DNA from: a virus
Lineage: Duplodnaviria > Caudoviricetes
Virus record (IMG/VR): IMGVR_UViG_3300032244_000153
Coordinates: 1 to 38,631 of that record
DNA: 38,631 nt
Direction: 5' to 3' (one strand)
Each line of letters begins with the position of its first letter. Position 1 is the stretch's first letter. A model generated the notes under the pieces. The model made no database searches and was not told the origin of the DNA. It saw nothing but the letters and a program-made list of their open reading frames with translations. Shown in pieces: positions 1 to 8,307 of the stretch. The translations under genes were made by a program, and so were the position numbers.

Positions 1-7
1 AACGAGA

Positions 8-16
8 TGGTATACT
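8..16 (+). promoter_or_regulatory. Extended -10 promoter (TGG-TATACT) for the replication operon
   Basis: TGnTATACT at 8-16; GAGGT RBS at 109-113 before ATG 119. Confidence 0.6.
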
Positions 17-20
17 GATC

Positions 21-103
21 GCAGAGCGGGTGCAACTGCTCAACATCCCAAAGGCCGGCGGTGGGGTAGGTGCGCTGCACCCGCTCCCTGCCCCACCCCG
101 GTC
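21..103 (+). promoter_or_regulatory. Structured 5' leader with alternative or pseudoknot pairings
   Basis: 24-34 GAGCGGGTGCA is the exact reverse complement of 76-86. 61-70 pairs with 87-96, 53-58 with 98-103, and 24-29 with 36-41. Confidence 0.5.
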
Positions 104-118
104 GTTTCGAGGTATCGC

Positions 119-667
119 ATGGCGACGAACTATCCGTGGTTCCCCTTCTACGCAGCCGACTGGACGCTGTCGGTGATCGGGATGAACGCAACCCAGCGCG
201 GGATCTATATCTCGCTGCTGGCCTACCAATGGGCGAACGGGCATGCACCCGCAATGCGCGAGCAATGCGCGCGCATAGCGGGCGCAGAGCAGATGCAGGA
301 CGCAGACTGGGACGCCGTGCGAGCGAAGTTCGCGCTCGTTGACAGCGACCGAATGGTGAACGCGCGGCTCGAGGAATGCCGTGGAATCTGTAAGTCCCGC
401 TCCGACAACGCGAAACGCGCGGCGGCAGCGTCGTGGCAGAAGCGCGCGCATAGCGCGAGCAATGCCGGAGCAGATGCTCCCGCAGATGCGGATGCAGATG
501 CGACCGCAATGCGACCGCATATGCGCGAGCAAAGCGCGAGCAATGCTAGTCACAGTCATAGTCAGATACCAATCCCCCCTAAAGCCCCCCCTTCAAAGGG
601 GGGGCAGCGCCTGCGGCGCAGGGATCTTGACAAGGCAGTAGCCGATCCGAACTGGATTCCGTTCTGA
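119..667 (+). CDS. YdaU/DUF1376-family replication initiator-like protein
   Basis: N-terminal PWFPFYAADW...MNATQRGIYISLLAYQW...MVNARLEE motif, then a low-complexity repeat-encoded linker. Confidence 0.85.
   Translation: MATNYPWFPFYAADWTLSVIGMNATQRGIYISLLAYQWANGHAPAMREQCARIAGAEQMQDADWDAVRAKFALVDSDRMVNARLEECRGICKSRSDNAKRAAAASWQKRAHSASNAGADAPADADADATAMRPHMREQSASNASHSHSQIPIPPKAPPSKGGQRLRRRDLDKAVADPNWIPF
251..547 (+). repeat. Iteron-like GCA(A/GA/TA)TGC repeats inside the initiator gene (candidate origin)
   Basis: GCGCGAGCAATGC x3 (256-268, 453-465, 535-547 approx.), GCGCGCGCATAGCG x2, and a dense GCAGATGC/GCAATGC/GCATATGC run at 470-547. Confidence 0.55.
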
Positions 668-690
668 CGAACCGAGCGAAGGGAACACCG

Positions 691-1158
691 ATGACCGACG
701 AAATCACCTGGCTGACCAACAAGCGACTCATGGCATCCCTGTGGCCGAAGTGGCGACCGACCAACGAGCAGGCCCGCCTCCTGAACGACCGATGGGGACT
801 GCTGCACCAGGACACCCTGCGAAAGTGCATTGAGGACAACGCCATGCAGTCGCGCCGCGAGCCGTCCGTTTCGGCGATCAACCGAGCGTACTGCAAGCTC
901 ACCGCCCCGCTCGTCGGCGCGTCGACGTCGACGCACGACACCGAGCGAACCCGGCGCGAGGCCACCTACGTGCAGCCGTTGACCGACGCCGAGGTCGCCG
1001 ACTGGGATGCGTGGGCAGAGGACGTCCTCGCCACCGCGACGTCTGCGGAGATCGATGCCGTGCGCCAGCGAATGCCCGTGGGCGAGTCGCGCCGCGTCCT
1101 CGCGGTCGCCGTCGACTACTGCCGCAGAAATCCCGAGAGATGGCCGACCTCTCGGTAA
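691..1158 (+). CDS. Hypothetical protein, replication-associated by position (loader-like slot)
   Basis: RBS-like AAGGGA, typical codon usage, directly follows the initiator. Confidence 0.65.
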   Translation: MTDEITWLTNKRLMASLWPKWRPTNEQARLLNDRWGLLHQDTLRKCIEDNAMQSRREPSVSAINRAYCKLTAPLVGASTSTHDTERTRREATYVQPLTDAEVADWDAWAEDVLATATSAEIDAVRQRMPVGESRRVLAVAVDYCRRNPERWPTSR

Positions 1159-1168
1159 ACTGCGGTGC

Positions 1169-1459
1169 ATGGGCAAGCGTCGACGAAAGCAGCCGCCAGC
1201 CATCCTCCTCGGCGGCCTCGACGACTGCCTGCTCGGCAAGATGTTCCCGCACCCCAACGACGCGCATGGCGTCCCGGTCGCCGTCTACAGCGGGGACATG
1301 ATCGCCGCCCGTCTGCGAGACGACGAGAACATGTCAATGCCCGACGCACGCGCGTTCGTGACGGACAACATCGAGCAGAACTTCCTCGGCCCAGGCACCG
1401 CTCGCGTGGTATGGGCGGCAACGAGCGAAGATTTCGGGCAGCTCGTCGACTCCGATTGA
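1169..1459 (+). CDS. Hypothetical phage protein (GLDDCLLG...VAVYS...AxxFVxxNI family)
   Basis: C-terminal part of ORF 1007..1459. Start chosen at ATG 1169, 7 nt after TAAACT (leaderless geometry). Confidence 0.7.
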   Translation: MGKRRRKQPPAILLGGLDDCLLGKMFPHPNDAHGVPVAVYSGDMIAARLRDDENMSMPDARAFVTDNIEQNFLGPGTARVVWAATSEDFGQLVDSD

Positions 1460-1472
1460 TATGCTCCCGCAT

Positions 1473-1715
1473 ATGCATATCCGTTCGTATGACGATTTCA
1501 AGACGGCGGTCACCGAGGAGGTCGCCTCCCAGGGCATGACCCGCAGCGGACTCGCCCGTCAGCTCGAGGCCGCCGGCCTCCTCCGCGCACACACCGTCCG
1601 ATGCCTGCTCGGGTCACCAGGCACCGTCATCGGTCGCCGCAAGCCGGCGTTCGACTCGGTGTTGACAATCGCCAACGCCGCCGGATTCGACCTCGTCCTC
1701 CAGCGCAGGAGCTGA
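1473..1715 (+). CDS. XRE-like HTH DNA-binding protein
   Basis: GMTRSGLARQL...KPAFDSVLTIANAAGFDL. Start at 1473 (or 1461); TGA-TATGCT -10 lies 7 nt upstream of 1473. Confidence 0.7.
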   Translation: MHIRSYDDFKTAVTEEVASQGMTRSGLARQLEAAGLLRAHTVRCLLGSPGTVIGRRKPAFDSVLTIANAAGFDLVLQRRS

Positions 1716-1720
1716 ACCCA

Positions 1721-1867
1721 TTGCCAAGCAAGTCAACAAAGCAACGTCGATTCATGGCAGCGGCCGCCCACAGCAGCGCCTTCGCCAAGCGCGCGGGAAT
1801 CTCCCAGAAGGTCGCCCGAGAGTTCAACCGTGCCGACACCCGCCGGAAGGCACGGAAGCGATCCTGA
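1721..1867 (+). CDS. Small basic phage protein (MPSKSTKQRRFMAAAAH...)
   Basis: TTG start after AGGAG; resembles the MPSxSxKQxxFMAAxAH peptides common in phages. Confidence 0.7.
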   Translation: MPSKSTKQRRFMAAAAHSSAFAKRAGISQKVAREFNRADTRRKARKRS

Positions 1868-2145
1868 TGCCTTCTAGCCCCCCTGCTGGGCAAACCAAGA
1901 TGGTCGCCGTGAACGAGAACGGCAGACGAATCGGGGAGGGACACCACAATGCCACGATCACGGACGAAACCGTCAACGCCATCCGCGAACTCCACGAAGA
2001 CCACGGCATCGGGTACCGACGCCTCGCAAGGCAGTTCGGACTCCACATCGAAACCGTCAAGAAAATCTGCCGCTACCAGCGCAGGGCAGCAACCCCCAAA
2101 GCTTGGAAGCGCGTGGAGCAGGGAAGACCGAACGCGACTCCTTGA
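1867..2145 (+). CDS. HTH protein (GEGHHNATITDETV...GYRRLARQFG)
   Basis: HTH similar to the C-terminal DNA-binding domain of phage HNH proteins; start at 1867 or 1900. Confidence 0.75.
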   Translation: MPSSPPAGQTKMVAVNENGRRIGEGHHNATITDETVNAIRELHEDHGIGYRRLARQFGLHIETVKKICRYQRRAATPKAWKRVEQGRPNATP

Positions 2146-2506
2146 CGAACTGGTCGCGTGGATCGGGGACGGCAAGCCCCTGCGGGAGTGGTGCAGGCAG
2201 GAAGGAAAGCCGCACTTCACAGTCATTTACGACTGGATGGACGAGTACGAGGACATCAACCTACGCATCGCGCGCGCGCGCGAGGATGGACACGACGCGC
2301 TGGCCGAGCAATGCCAGGTGCTGTCGGACACCCGGCCACGCGATGCCGTCGAGGTGCAATGGCGCAAGCTCCAGATCGAGACGCGCCTCAAGCTGCTCGC
2401 GAAGTGGAACCCGCGCAAGTACGGCGACCGGGTCGGCGTCGACCACGCCGGCGGCGTCAGCATCGTCCTGAAGACCAACGTCCCCGATGCCGAAGACGGA
2501 CATTGA
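1949..2506 (+). CDS. terS: Terminase small subunit (Sf6 gp1-like)
   Basis: GKPLREWC...TVIYDW...ARARE...KLQIETRLKLLAKWNPRKYGD motif; directly upstream of TerL; GGAGG before ATG 1949. Confidence 0.85.
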   Translation: MPRSRTKPSTPSANSTKTTASGTDASQGSSDSTSKPSRKSAATSAGQQPPKLGSAWSREDRTRLLDELVAWIGDGKPLREWCRQEGKPHFTVIYDWMDEYEDINLRIARAREDGHDALAEQCQVLSDTRPRDAVEVQWRKLQIETRLKLLAKWNPRKYGDRVGVDHAGGVSIVLKTNVPDAEDGH

Positions 2507-3815
2507 ACTCACGTATGCGCCTCGAGCGTGGCAGCGCGAGTGCCATCTCCTGAAGCGACGGTTCACCGTCCTGGTGCTGCACCGCCGCGCCGGCAAGACC
2601 GAGCTGGCGATCATGGAACTCATCAACCGCGCTGTCAAGTGCAGCCGGGAACTGGGGTTCTTCGTGTACGTCGCCCCGTTCCTGAAGCAGGCGAAGGCCA
2701 TCGCGTGGGCGCGACTGAAGGACAAGCTCGGCCCCCTGCGCGCGACCGGGGCAGTCGATGTCAACGAGGTCGATCTCGCCGTGACGTTCAAGCACAACGG
2801 CGCGACGATCCGCCTGTTCGGTGGCGACAACCCCGACGCCCTGCGCGGCATCCGCCTCGACGGTGCGGTCATTGACGAGGTTGCCCAGATCAAGCCCGAG
2901 GTATGGACGGAGATCGTGCAGCCGGCGCTCGCCGACCGCAAGGGATGGGCGCTGTTCATCGGCACACCCGCCGGCATGAACCTGTTCGCCGAGCTGTACT
3001 ACAAGGCCGGGAACCTCGAGGACTGGGTTGCCAAGAGATACACCGTCAACGACACCGACGCGCTCGACCCCGACGAGGTCGCTCGCCTGAAGCGCGACAT
3101 GTCCCCCGAGGCGTTCTCCCGCGAGTTCCTGTGCGATTTCAGCGCAGCAGGCGACGACCAGCTGATTTCGCTCGCCGACGCCGAGGCCGCCTCCGAGCGC
3201 GAGTACCAGGACGGCGACATCATCGACTCCCCGTTGGTGATCGGCGTCGACCCTGCCAGGTTCGGCGACGACCGCAGCGTCATCATGCTGCGGCAGGGGC
3301 TTCGCGCCGAGGAGCCGATCATCCGGCACGGCATTGACAACATGAGCCTCGCGAGCCTGGTCGCCAACGTCATCGAGGATCGCGATCCGGACGCGGTGTT
3401 CATCGACGCAGGCGCTGGTGCCGGCGTGATCGACCGACTGCGGCAGCTCGGCTACGACGTCACCGAGGTCGCGTTCGGCGGCAAGGCGACCTACCCGAAC
3501 CTGTTCGTCAACAAGCGAACCGAGATGTGGTGGGCTGTCAAGGAGTGGCTCGAGGCCGGCGGGTCGATCCCCGACGAGTCGACGCTGAAGGTCGAACTGT
3601 CGACGCCGACCTACTCCTACGACACGGTCGGACGCCGCGTCCTTGAGTCGAAGGACGAGATCAAGAAGCGACTGCAGGGCGGCGGCTCGCCCGACATCGC
3701 CGACGCGCTTGCGCTCACGTTCTCGTTCGCCGTCAGCAAGCAGCTTCCGCGCGAGGTGCGCGACCGCATCACGAAGCGCGGCAGCGACTACGACCCCTAC
3801 GAACGGGAACCGTAA
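2487..3815 (+). CDS. terL: Terminase large subunit
   Basis: Walker A HRRAGKT, Walker B GAVIDE, FIGTP coupling motif, nuclease IGVDPARFGDD and SPDIADAL. Confidence 0.97.
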   Translation: MPKTDIELTYAPRAWQRECHLLKRRFTVLVLHRRAGKTELAIMELINRAVKCSRELGFFVYVAPFLKQAKAIAWARLKDKLGPLRATGAVDVNEVDLAVTFKHNGATIRLFGGDNPDALRGIRLDGAVIDEVAQIKPEVWTEIVQPALADRKGWALFIGTPAGMNLFAELYYKAGNLEDWVAKRYTVNDTDALDPDEVARLKRDMSPEAFSREFLCDFSAAGDDQLISLADAEAASEREYQDGDIIDSPLVIGVDPARFGDDRSVIMLRQGLRAEEPIIRHGIDNMSLASLVANVIEDRDPDAVFIDAGAGAGVIDRLRQLGYDVTEVAFGGKATYPNLFVNKRTEMWWAVKEWLEAGGSIPDESTLKVELSTPTYSYDTVGRRVLESKDEIKKRLQGGGSPDIADALALTFSFAVSKQLPREVRDRITKRGSDYDPYEREP

Positions 3816-3837
3816 TCGCATCATGGAGGAATAGAGT
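3805..3837 (+). promoter_or_regulatory. Putative late promoter 1
   Basis: GGGAACCGTAA-N16-TAGAGT. Confidence 0.6.
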
Positions 3838-3838
3838 C

Positions 3839-4285
3839 ATGGTCAGGCAGGCAACCGAACAGGACGTCGACCAATTGACCGCAATGGCACGCGAGTTCAT
3901 CGGCTACAGCGCGTATGGCACGATGATCGCGCCAGCCGACGATGACATACGCACGGGCATCATCTCCGTGATCCGATCCGGCGTGATGTTCGTCGCCGAG
4001 GTCGATGGCAAGCTGGTCGGCGTCATCGCGGGGATCATCGCTCCGATGTGGTTCGCGCCGAGCATTTCGTGCGCCGTCGAACTCGCCTGGTGGGTTGACC
4101 CGGCGCACCGCATGACGCGCATCCCGTTCCGCCTGATCGCGGCGCTCGAGGAATGGGCAAGGGAATCGGGCGCGAGGCTCCTGTGCATGAGCGAACTCGT
4201 CATCAACGGCGAGACGCCAATCGCGAGGATGCTGTCGCGCATGGGATACGTCAACACCGAACGCTCTCACGTGAAGGAACTCTGA
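3839..4285 (+). CDS. GNAT-family acetyltransferase-like protein
   Basis: VRQATEQD, FVAEVDGKLVG, ELAWWVDPAHR, LEEWARESGA, RMGY; GGAGG RBS. Confidence 0.85.
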   Translation: MVRQATEQDVDQLTAMAREFIGYSAYGTMIAPADDDIRTGIISVIRSGVMFVAEVDGKLVGVIAGIIAPMWFAPSISCAVELAWWVDPAHRMTRIPFRLIAALEEWARESGARLLCMSELVINGETPIARMLSRMGYVNTERSHVKEL

Positions 4286-4286
4286 C

Positions 4287-4631
4287 ATGGCAGCAATCTC
4301 GACCATCATTGCCGGCGTTGCCGCAGGCATCGCAGCCGCCGGCACCGGGTACGCCATCTCTGCCGGCGAGCGCGGTGCCGCCGCGCAGGAGAAGGCGATG
4401 AAGCAGCAGCAGCAGGCGCAGACGGAGGCCGCCGCGCAGGCGCGCAGCCAGCAGCGGCAGTCGGAGATCGCCATGTCGGCCGCGAACCGCCGCAAGCCGA
4501 ACATCGCCGCCATCATGGACAACGCCGCCGAGGGAAGCATGGGCGGCCCGTCCGGAACCATGCTGACCGGGCCGATGGGCGTGAACCCGCAGGATCTCCA
4601 GCTCGGGCGCTCGTCGCTCCTCGGAGGCTGA
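4287..4631 (+). CDS. Small Ala/Gln-rich virion assembly protein
   Basis: Hydrophobic Ala/Gly N-terminus and C-terminal TMLTG...SLLGG, typical of pre-portal proteins in podoviruses. Confidence 0.75.
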   Translation: MAAISTIIAGVAAGIAAAGTGYAISAGERGAAAQEKAMKQQQQAQTEAAAQARSQQRQSEIAMSAANRRKPNIAAIMDNAAEGSMGGPSGTMLTGPMGVNPQDLQLGRSSLLGG

Positions 4632-4634
4632 CCC

Positions 4635-6347
4635 ATGAGCCAGTACACCGGAGACAACTCCTCGTATCCCGATGCGCCCACGCGGGATCGGCTGTTCACC
4701 CGGTGGGGCCAGCTCAAGAGCGAGCGCGCGTCGTGGCTCGCGCATTGGCAGGAGATCACCTCCTACCTGCTCCCGCGCAACGGGCGCTACTTCCGCCAGG
4801 ATCGCGACAAGGGCTGGCGTCGACACAACGCGATCTACGACAACACCGGGACGCGCGCGCTCCGCACCCTCGGCGCGGGGTTGATGTCGGGCGCAACCTC
4901 GCCGGCGCGGCAATGGTTCCGGCTCGCGACGCCAGACCCGGAGCTGAACTCGTACCAACCCGTCAAGCTCTGGCTCGACGACGTCACCAAGCGCATGCAG
5001 CGCGTGTTCCAGAAGTCGAACACCTACCGCTCGCTGCACCTGATGTACGAGGAACTCGGCGCGTTCGGCACGGGCGCGAGCATCGTGCTGCCCGACTTCG
5101 AGCAGGTCATCCACCACTACCCGCTCACGACGGGCGAATACTGCATCTCGACCGACGCGCAGGGGCGAGTCTGCACCCTGTACCGCGAGTTCGAGATGAC
5201 CGTCTCGCAGATCGTCAAGGAGTTCGGCCTTGAGAAGTGCAGCGTGTCGGTGCAGAACATGTACCGCACGGGCAACCTCGACCAATGGGTTCCGGTCATC
5301 CACGCCATCGAGCCTCGCGCCGACCGCGACATGTCGAAGCGCGACGGCAAGAACATGCCCTACGGGTCGTGGTACTTCGAGGTCGGCGGCGAGGACGGCG
5401 TGTTCCTGCGCGAGAGCGGGTTCATGCAGTTCCCCGCCGTCTGCCCCCGCTGGTCGGTTGTCGGCGGCGACATCTACGGCAACAGCCCCGGCATGGAGGC
5501 GCTCGGCGACATCAAGCAGCTCCAGCACGAGCAGCTCCGCAAGGCGCAGGCAATCGACTACCAGACCAAGCCGCCGCTCCAGGTGTCGGCCGGCATGAAG
5601 AACCGGGACGTCGACACGCTTCCCGGCGGGATCACGTTCGTCGACGGCGCGTCGCAGGGAATCCGCAGCGCGTTCGAGGTGAACCTCAACCTGAACTACC
5701 TGCTCCAGGACATTCAGGACGTCCGCGAGCGCGTCCGTGGCGCGTTCTACGCCGACCTGTTCCTGATGCTGGCGACGCAGCCGAACACCCGCATGACCGC
5801 GACCGAGGTCGCCGAGCGCCATGAGGAGAAGCTCCTCATGCTCGGCCCCGTCCTCGAGCGCCTGCACAACGAGCTGCTCGACCCGCTCATTGACATCACG
5901 TTCACGCGCATGGTGCAGAGCGGCATGATTCCGCCGGCACCCGAGGAATTGCAGGGCATGGACTTGAACGTCGAGTTCGTGTCAATGCTCGCGCAGGCGC
6001 AGCGCGCCATCGGCACAAACGCCGTCGACCGATTCGTCGGGAACCTCGGCTCCATCGCGCAGATGAAGCCCGACATCCTCGACAAGTTCGACAGCGACCA
6101 ATGGGCAGACATCTACGCCGACATGCTCGGCGTCGACCCGTCGCTCATCATCGCCGACAAGGAGGTCGCCGTGCTTCGGCAGGCTCGCAACCAGGCGATG
6201 GCCGCGAAGGAGCAGGCCGCCGCGATGGAACAGCAGTCGAAGACCGTCCGCAACATGGCGGCCGCCCCGACCGGGAATCAGAACGCCCTAACCGATGTGA
6301 TGAACATGTTCTCCGGTTACGGCTCGCCGTCCGGGGTCGAACTCTGA
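4635..6347 (+). CDS. Portal (head-tail connector, Bbp21/T7 gp8-like)
   Basis: 570 aa; YGNSPGMEALGD and MTATEVAERHEEKLLMLGPVLERL motifs. Confidence 0.95.
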   Translation: MSQYTGDNSSYPDAPTRDRLFTRWGQLKSERASWLAHWQEITSYLLPRNGRYFRQDRDKGWRRHNAIYDNTGTRALRTLGAGLMSGATSPARQWFRLATPDPELNSYQPVKLWLDDVTKRMQRVFQKSNTYRSLHLMYEELGAFGTGASIVLPDFEQVIHHYPLTTGEYCISTDAQGRVCTLYREFEMTVSQIVKEFGLEKCSVSVQNMYRTGNLDQWVPVIHAIEPRADRDMSKRDGKNMPYGSWYFEVGGEDGVFLRESGFMQFPAVCPRWSVVGGDIYGNSPGMEALGDIKQLQHEQLRKAQAIDYQTKPPLQVSAGMKNRDVDTLPGGITFVDGASQGIRSAFEVNLNLNYLLQDIQDVRERVRGAFYADLFLMLATQPNTRMTATEVAERHEEKLLMLGPVLERLHNELLDPLIDITFTRMVQSGMIPPAPEELQGMDLNVEFVSMLAQAQRAIGTNAVDRFVGNLGSIAQMKPDILDKFDSDQWADIYADMLGVDPSLIIADKEVAVLRQARNQAMAAKEQAAAMEQQSKTVRNMAAAPTGNQNALTDVMNMFSGYGSPSGVEL

Positions 6348-6357
6348 AAGGACTGAC

Positions 6358-6672
6358 ATGCTGATTTCGATGCAGCGCGAACCCGAGCGCGAGGAGATGC
6401 CGGGACAGGTGGAGATGGACGAGCCGCGCTACCCGGAAGGGTTGTGCATCAAGCTCGAGTCCGACGACCTCGAGAAGCTGAACATCACCGCCGCGCCGAA
6501 GATCGGCAGCGAGATGATGATTCAGGCGCGCGTCTATGTCTCCGAGGCCGGCGCTGTCAAGACGCAGGGCGGCACGGAGGCGATGCTGAAGCTCCAGATC
6601 ACGGACATGGCGATCTCTGGCGTGGAGCGCACGACCGCCGCTGCGACCATGCTTTACGGAAACGGGGGTTGA
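6358..6672 (+). CDS. Capsid staple/decoration-like protein
   Basis: PRYPEGLCIKL...LEKL...LQITDM...LYG pattern; position after the portal. Confidence 0.7.
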   Translation: MLISMQREPEREEMPGQVEMDEPRYPEGLCIKLESDDLEKLNITAAPKIGSEMMIQARVYVSEAGAVKTQGGTEAMLKLQITDMAISGVERTTAAATMLYGNGG

Positions 6673-6673
6673 C

Positions 6674-7252
6674 ATGGCATATCTGATGGCCGGCAGCAAC
6701 ATGCTGTTCGACAACACGACAGGGGACGTTGTCGGACTCCGTGACCGGGAAGGAACCGACACGTACTTCGCTCGCGCTCCGTACACGGGTGCCTGGTTCG
6801 ATCTGTCCGACCAGCCGTGCAGCGCGAACACCGCGACCGCGATGGAGTTTGACACGAAGGACTTCGCCTTCGGCATCTCCGTCGTGTCGAACACGCGCAT
6901 CACGTTCCCGCGAACTTCGGTCTACAACGTCCAGTTCAGCGCGCAGTTCAAGAATGTCAACAACACCTCCGAGCAGAACATCAGCGTCTGGCTCGCGAAG
7001 GGCGGGTCGAACCTCGCGAACACGAACACCGAGCTGACGATCCCGAGGAAGCACGGCGGCGGCGACGGTCTGCTCGTCGCGGCGTGGAACTTCTTCGTGT
7101 CCGTCAACACCGGCGAGTACGTGGAAATCTACTGGTCGTCGCCGAGCGCCGACGTCTCGATTGAATACAAGGCCGCGCAGACTTCGCCGGCGCGACCGGC
7201 GACACCGTCCGTGATCCTCACGGTCAACGAGGTCGATGGCAACAACATCTGA
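6674..7252 (+). CDS. Beta-sandwich (C1q/TNF-like) domain protein
   Basis: RITF...VYNVQFSAQF...VWLAKGG...YVEIYW...PSVILTV. Confidence 0.6.
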   Translation: MAYLMAGSNMLFDNTTGDVVGLRDREGTDTYFARAPYTGAWFDLSDQPCSANTATAMEFDTKDFAFGISVVSNTRITFPRTSVYNVQFSAQFKNVNNTSEQNISVWLAKGGSNLANTNTELTIPRKHGGGDGLLVAAWNFFVSVNTGEYVEIYWSSPSADVSIEYKAAQTSPARPATPSVILTVNEVDGNNI

Positions 7253-7253
7253 C

Positions 7254-7286
7254 GGGAACCGTAAGAAATAGACGCACAGATATCTT
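7254..7286 (+). promoter_or_regulatory. Putative late promoter 2 (leaderless onto GTG 7293)
   Basis: GGGAACCGTAA-N16-TATCTT-N6-GTG. Confidence 0.7.
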
Positions 7287-7292
7287 TCGGCC

Positions 7293-7628
7293 GTGAGCCA
7301 GTACGACCCTCTCGACCTGCGTGGGCAGGAGCGCGACAAGCAGAACCGCGAGCTGCGCGACAGGTTGGCGAGGGAGGCCGAGGAATCGGACGTCAAGTGG
7401 CTCATGGCGAGCAGGCGAGGCAGGCGGATCGTCTGGCGCATGCTCGACCAGGCAGGCGTGTTCCGATCATCGTTCAACACCAACGCGATGACGATGGCGT
7501 TCTCGGAAGGCGCACGGAACTCGGGACTTCGGATGCTGGCAATCGTCCACGGTTGCTGCCCCGAGCATTACCCGACCATGATGAAGGAACAGACCGATGA
7601 GCGAACCAATGATGATGGAAACGGCTGA
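7293..7628 (+). CDS. Bbp19-like protein
   Basis: DVKWLM...GRRIVWRML...GVFRSSF...MAFSEGARNSGL. Confidence 0.85.
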   Translation: MSQYDPLDLRGQERDKQNRELRDRLAREAEESDVKWLMASRRGRRIVWRMLDQAGVFRSSFNTNAMTMAFSEGARNSGLRMLAIVHGCCPEHYPTMMKEQTDERTNDDGNG

Positions 7629-8286
7629 AACCACCACACAAGCCGCTCCTGCATCAGAGTCCCCGTCCGGCGTCGCGGCGACGGCCGAGAAGCTGTACGG
7701 GGGAGAGCAGAAGGCGACCACGACCCAGGACTCGCAAGCCGCAGACGCGGCCGCTACGAGCAAGGCCGAGGCGACCGATGCGAAGACCGACGCGAAGGCT
7801 GCGGAAACCAAGCCGCAGGGCGCGCCGGAGAAGTACGAGTTCAAGGCCGAGGAAGGTCGAGCGTTCGACCCCGAGGTCATGGAAGCGTATAGCACGGTCG
7901 CGAAGGAGCTGAACCTGTCGCAGGAAGCCGCGCAGCGCGTCCTCGACGCTATGGCCCCCAAGATGGCCCAGCGTCAGCAGGCGCAGATTGAGGCCGTTCG
8001 AGCGGAGTGGGTGACCAACTCCAAAGGCGACAAGGAGTTCGGGGGCGACAAGCTCTCCGAGAACCTCGGCGTCGCCAAGAAGGCGCTCGATGCGTTCGGC
8101 ACCGCCGAACTCCGCAGTCTGCTCAATCAGTCCGGCCTGGGCGATCACCCGGAGGTGATCCGGTTCATGTACCGCGCAGGCAAGGCAATCAGCGAGGATC
8201 GGTTCGTCGGCGGCGCACCTGCCGTTGGCAAGGGCGCTCCGAAGGGCTTCTCCGATTTCGCTGACGTTCTTTACTCCAACACCTAA
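7597..8286 (+). CDS. Capsid scaffolding protein
   Basis: Acidic Ala/Thr-rich N-terminus, APEKYEF, LGDHPEVIRFMYRAGKAISED; immediately precedes the MCP. Confidence 0.85.
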   Translation: MSEPMMMETAETTTQAAPASESPSGVAATAEKLYGGEQKATTTQDSQAADAAATSKAEATDAKTDAKAAETKPQGAPEKYEFKAEEGRAFDPEVMEAYSTVAKELNLSQEAAQRVLDAMAPKMAQRQQAQIEAVRAEWVTNSKGDKEFGGDKLSENLGVAKKALDAFGTAELRSLLNQSGLGDHPEVIRFMYRAGKAISEDRFVGGAPAVGKGAPKGFSDFADVLYSNT

Positions 8287-8307
8287 TCCCACGAAAGGGG
8301 ACAAGCA

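Noticed and set aside
443-547. CRISPR-like or tRNA-like structure
   Set aside because: Short degenerate repeats without unique spacers inside a CDS; no cloverleaf or CRISPR array recognised anywhere in the window
1867-2145. HNH homing endonuclease
   Set aside because: Only the GExHxxA-HTH DNA-binding portion is present; there is no HNH catalytic motif
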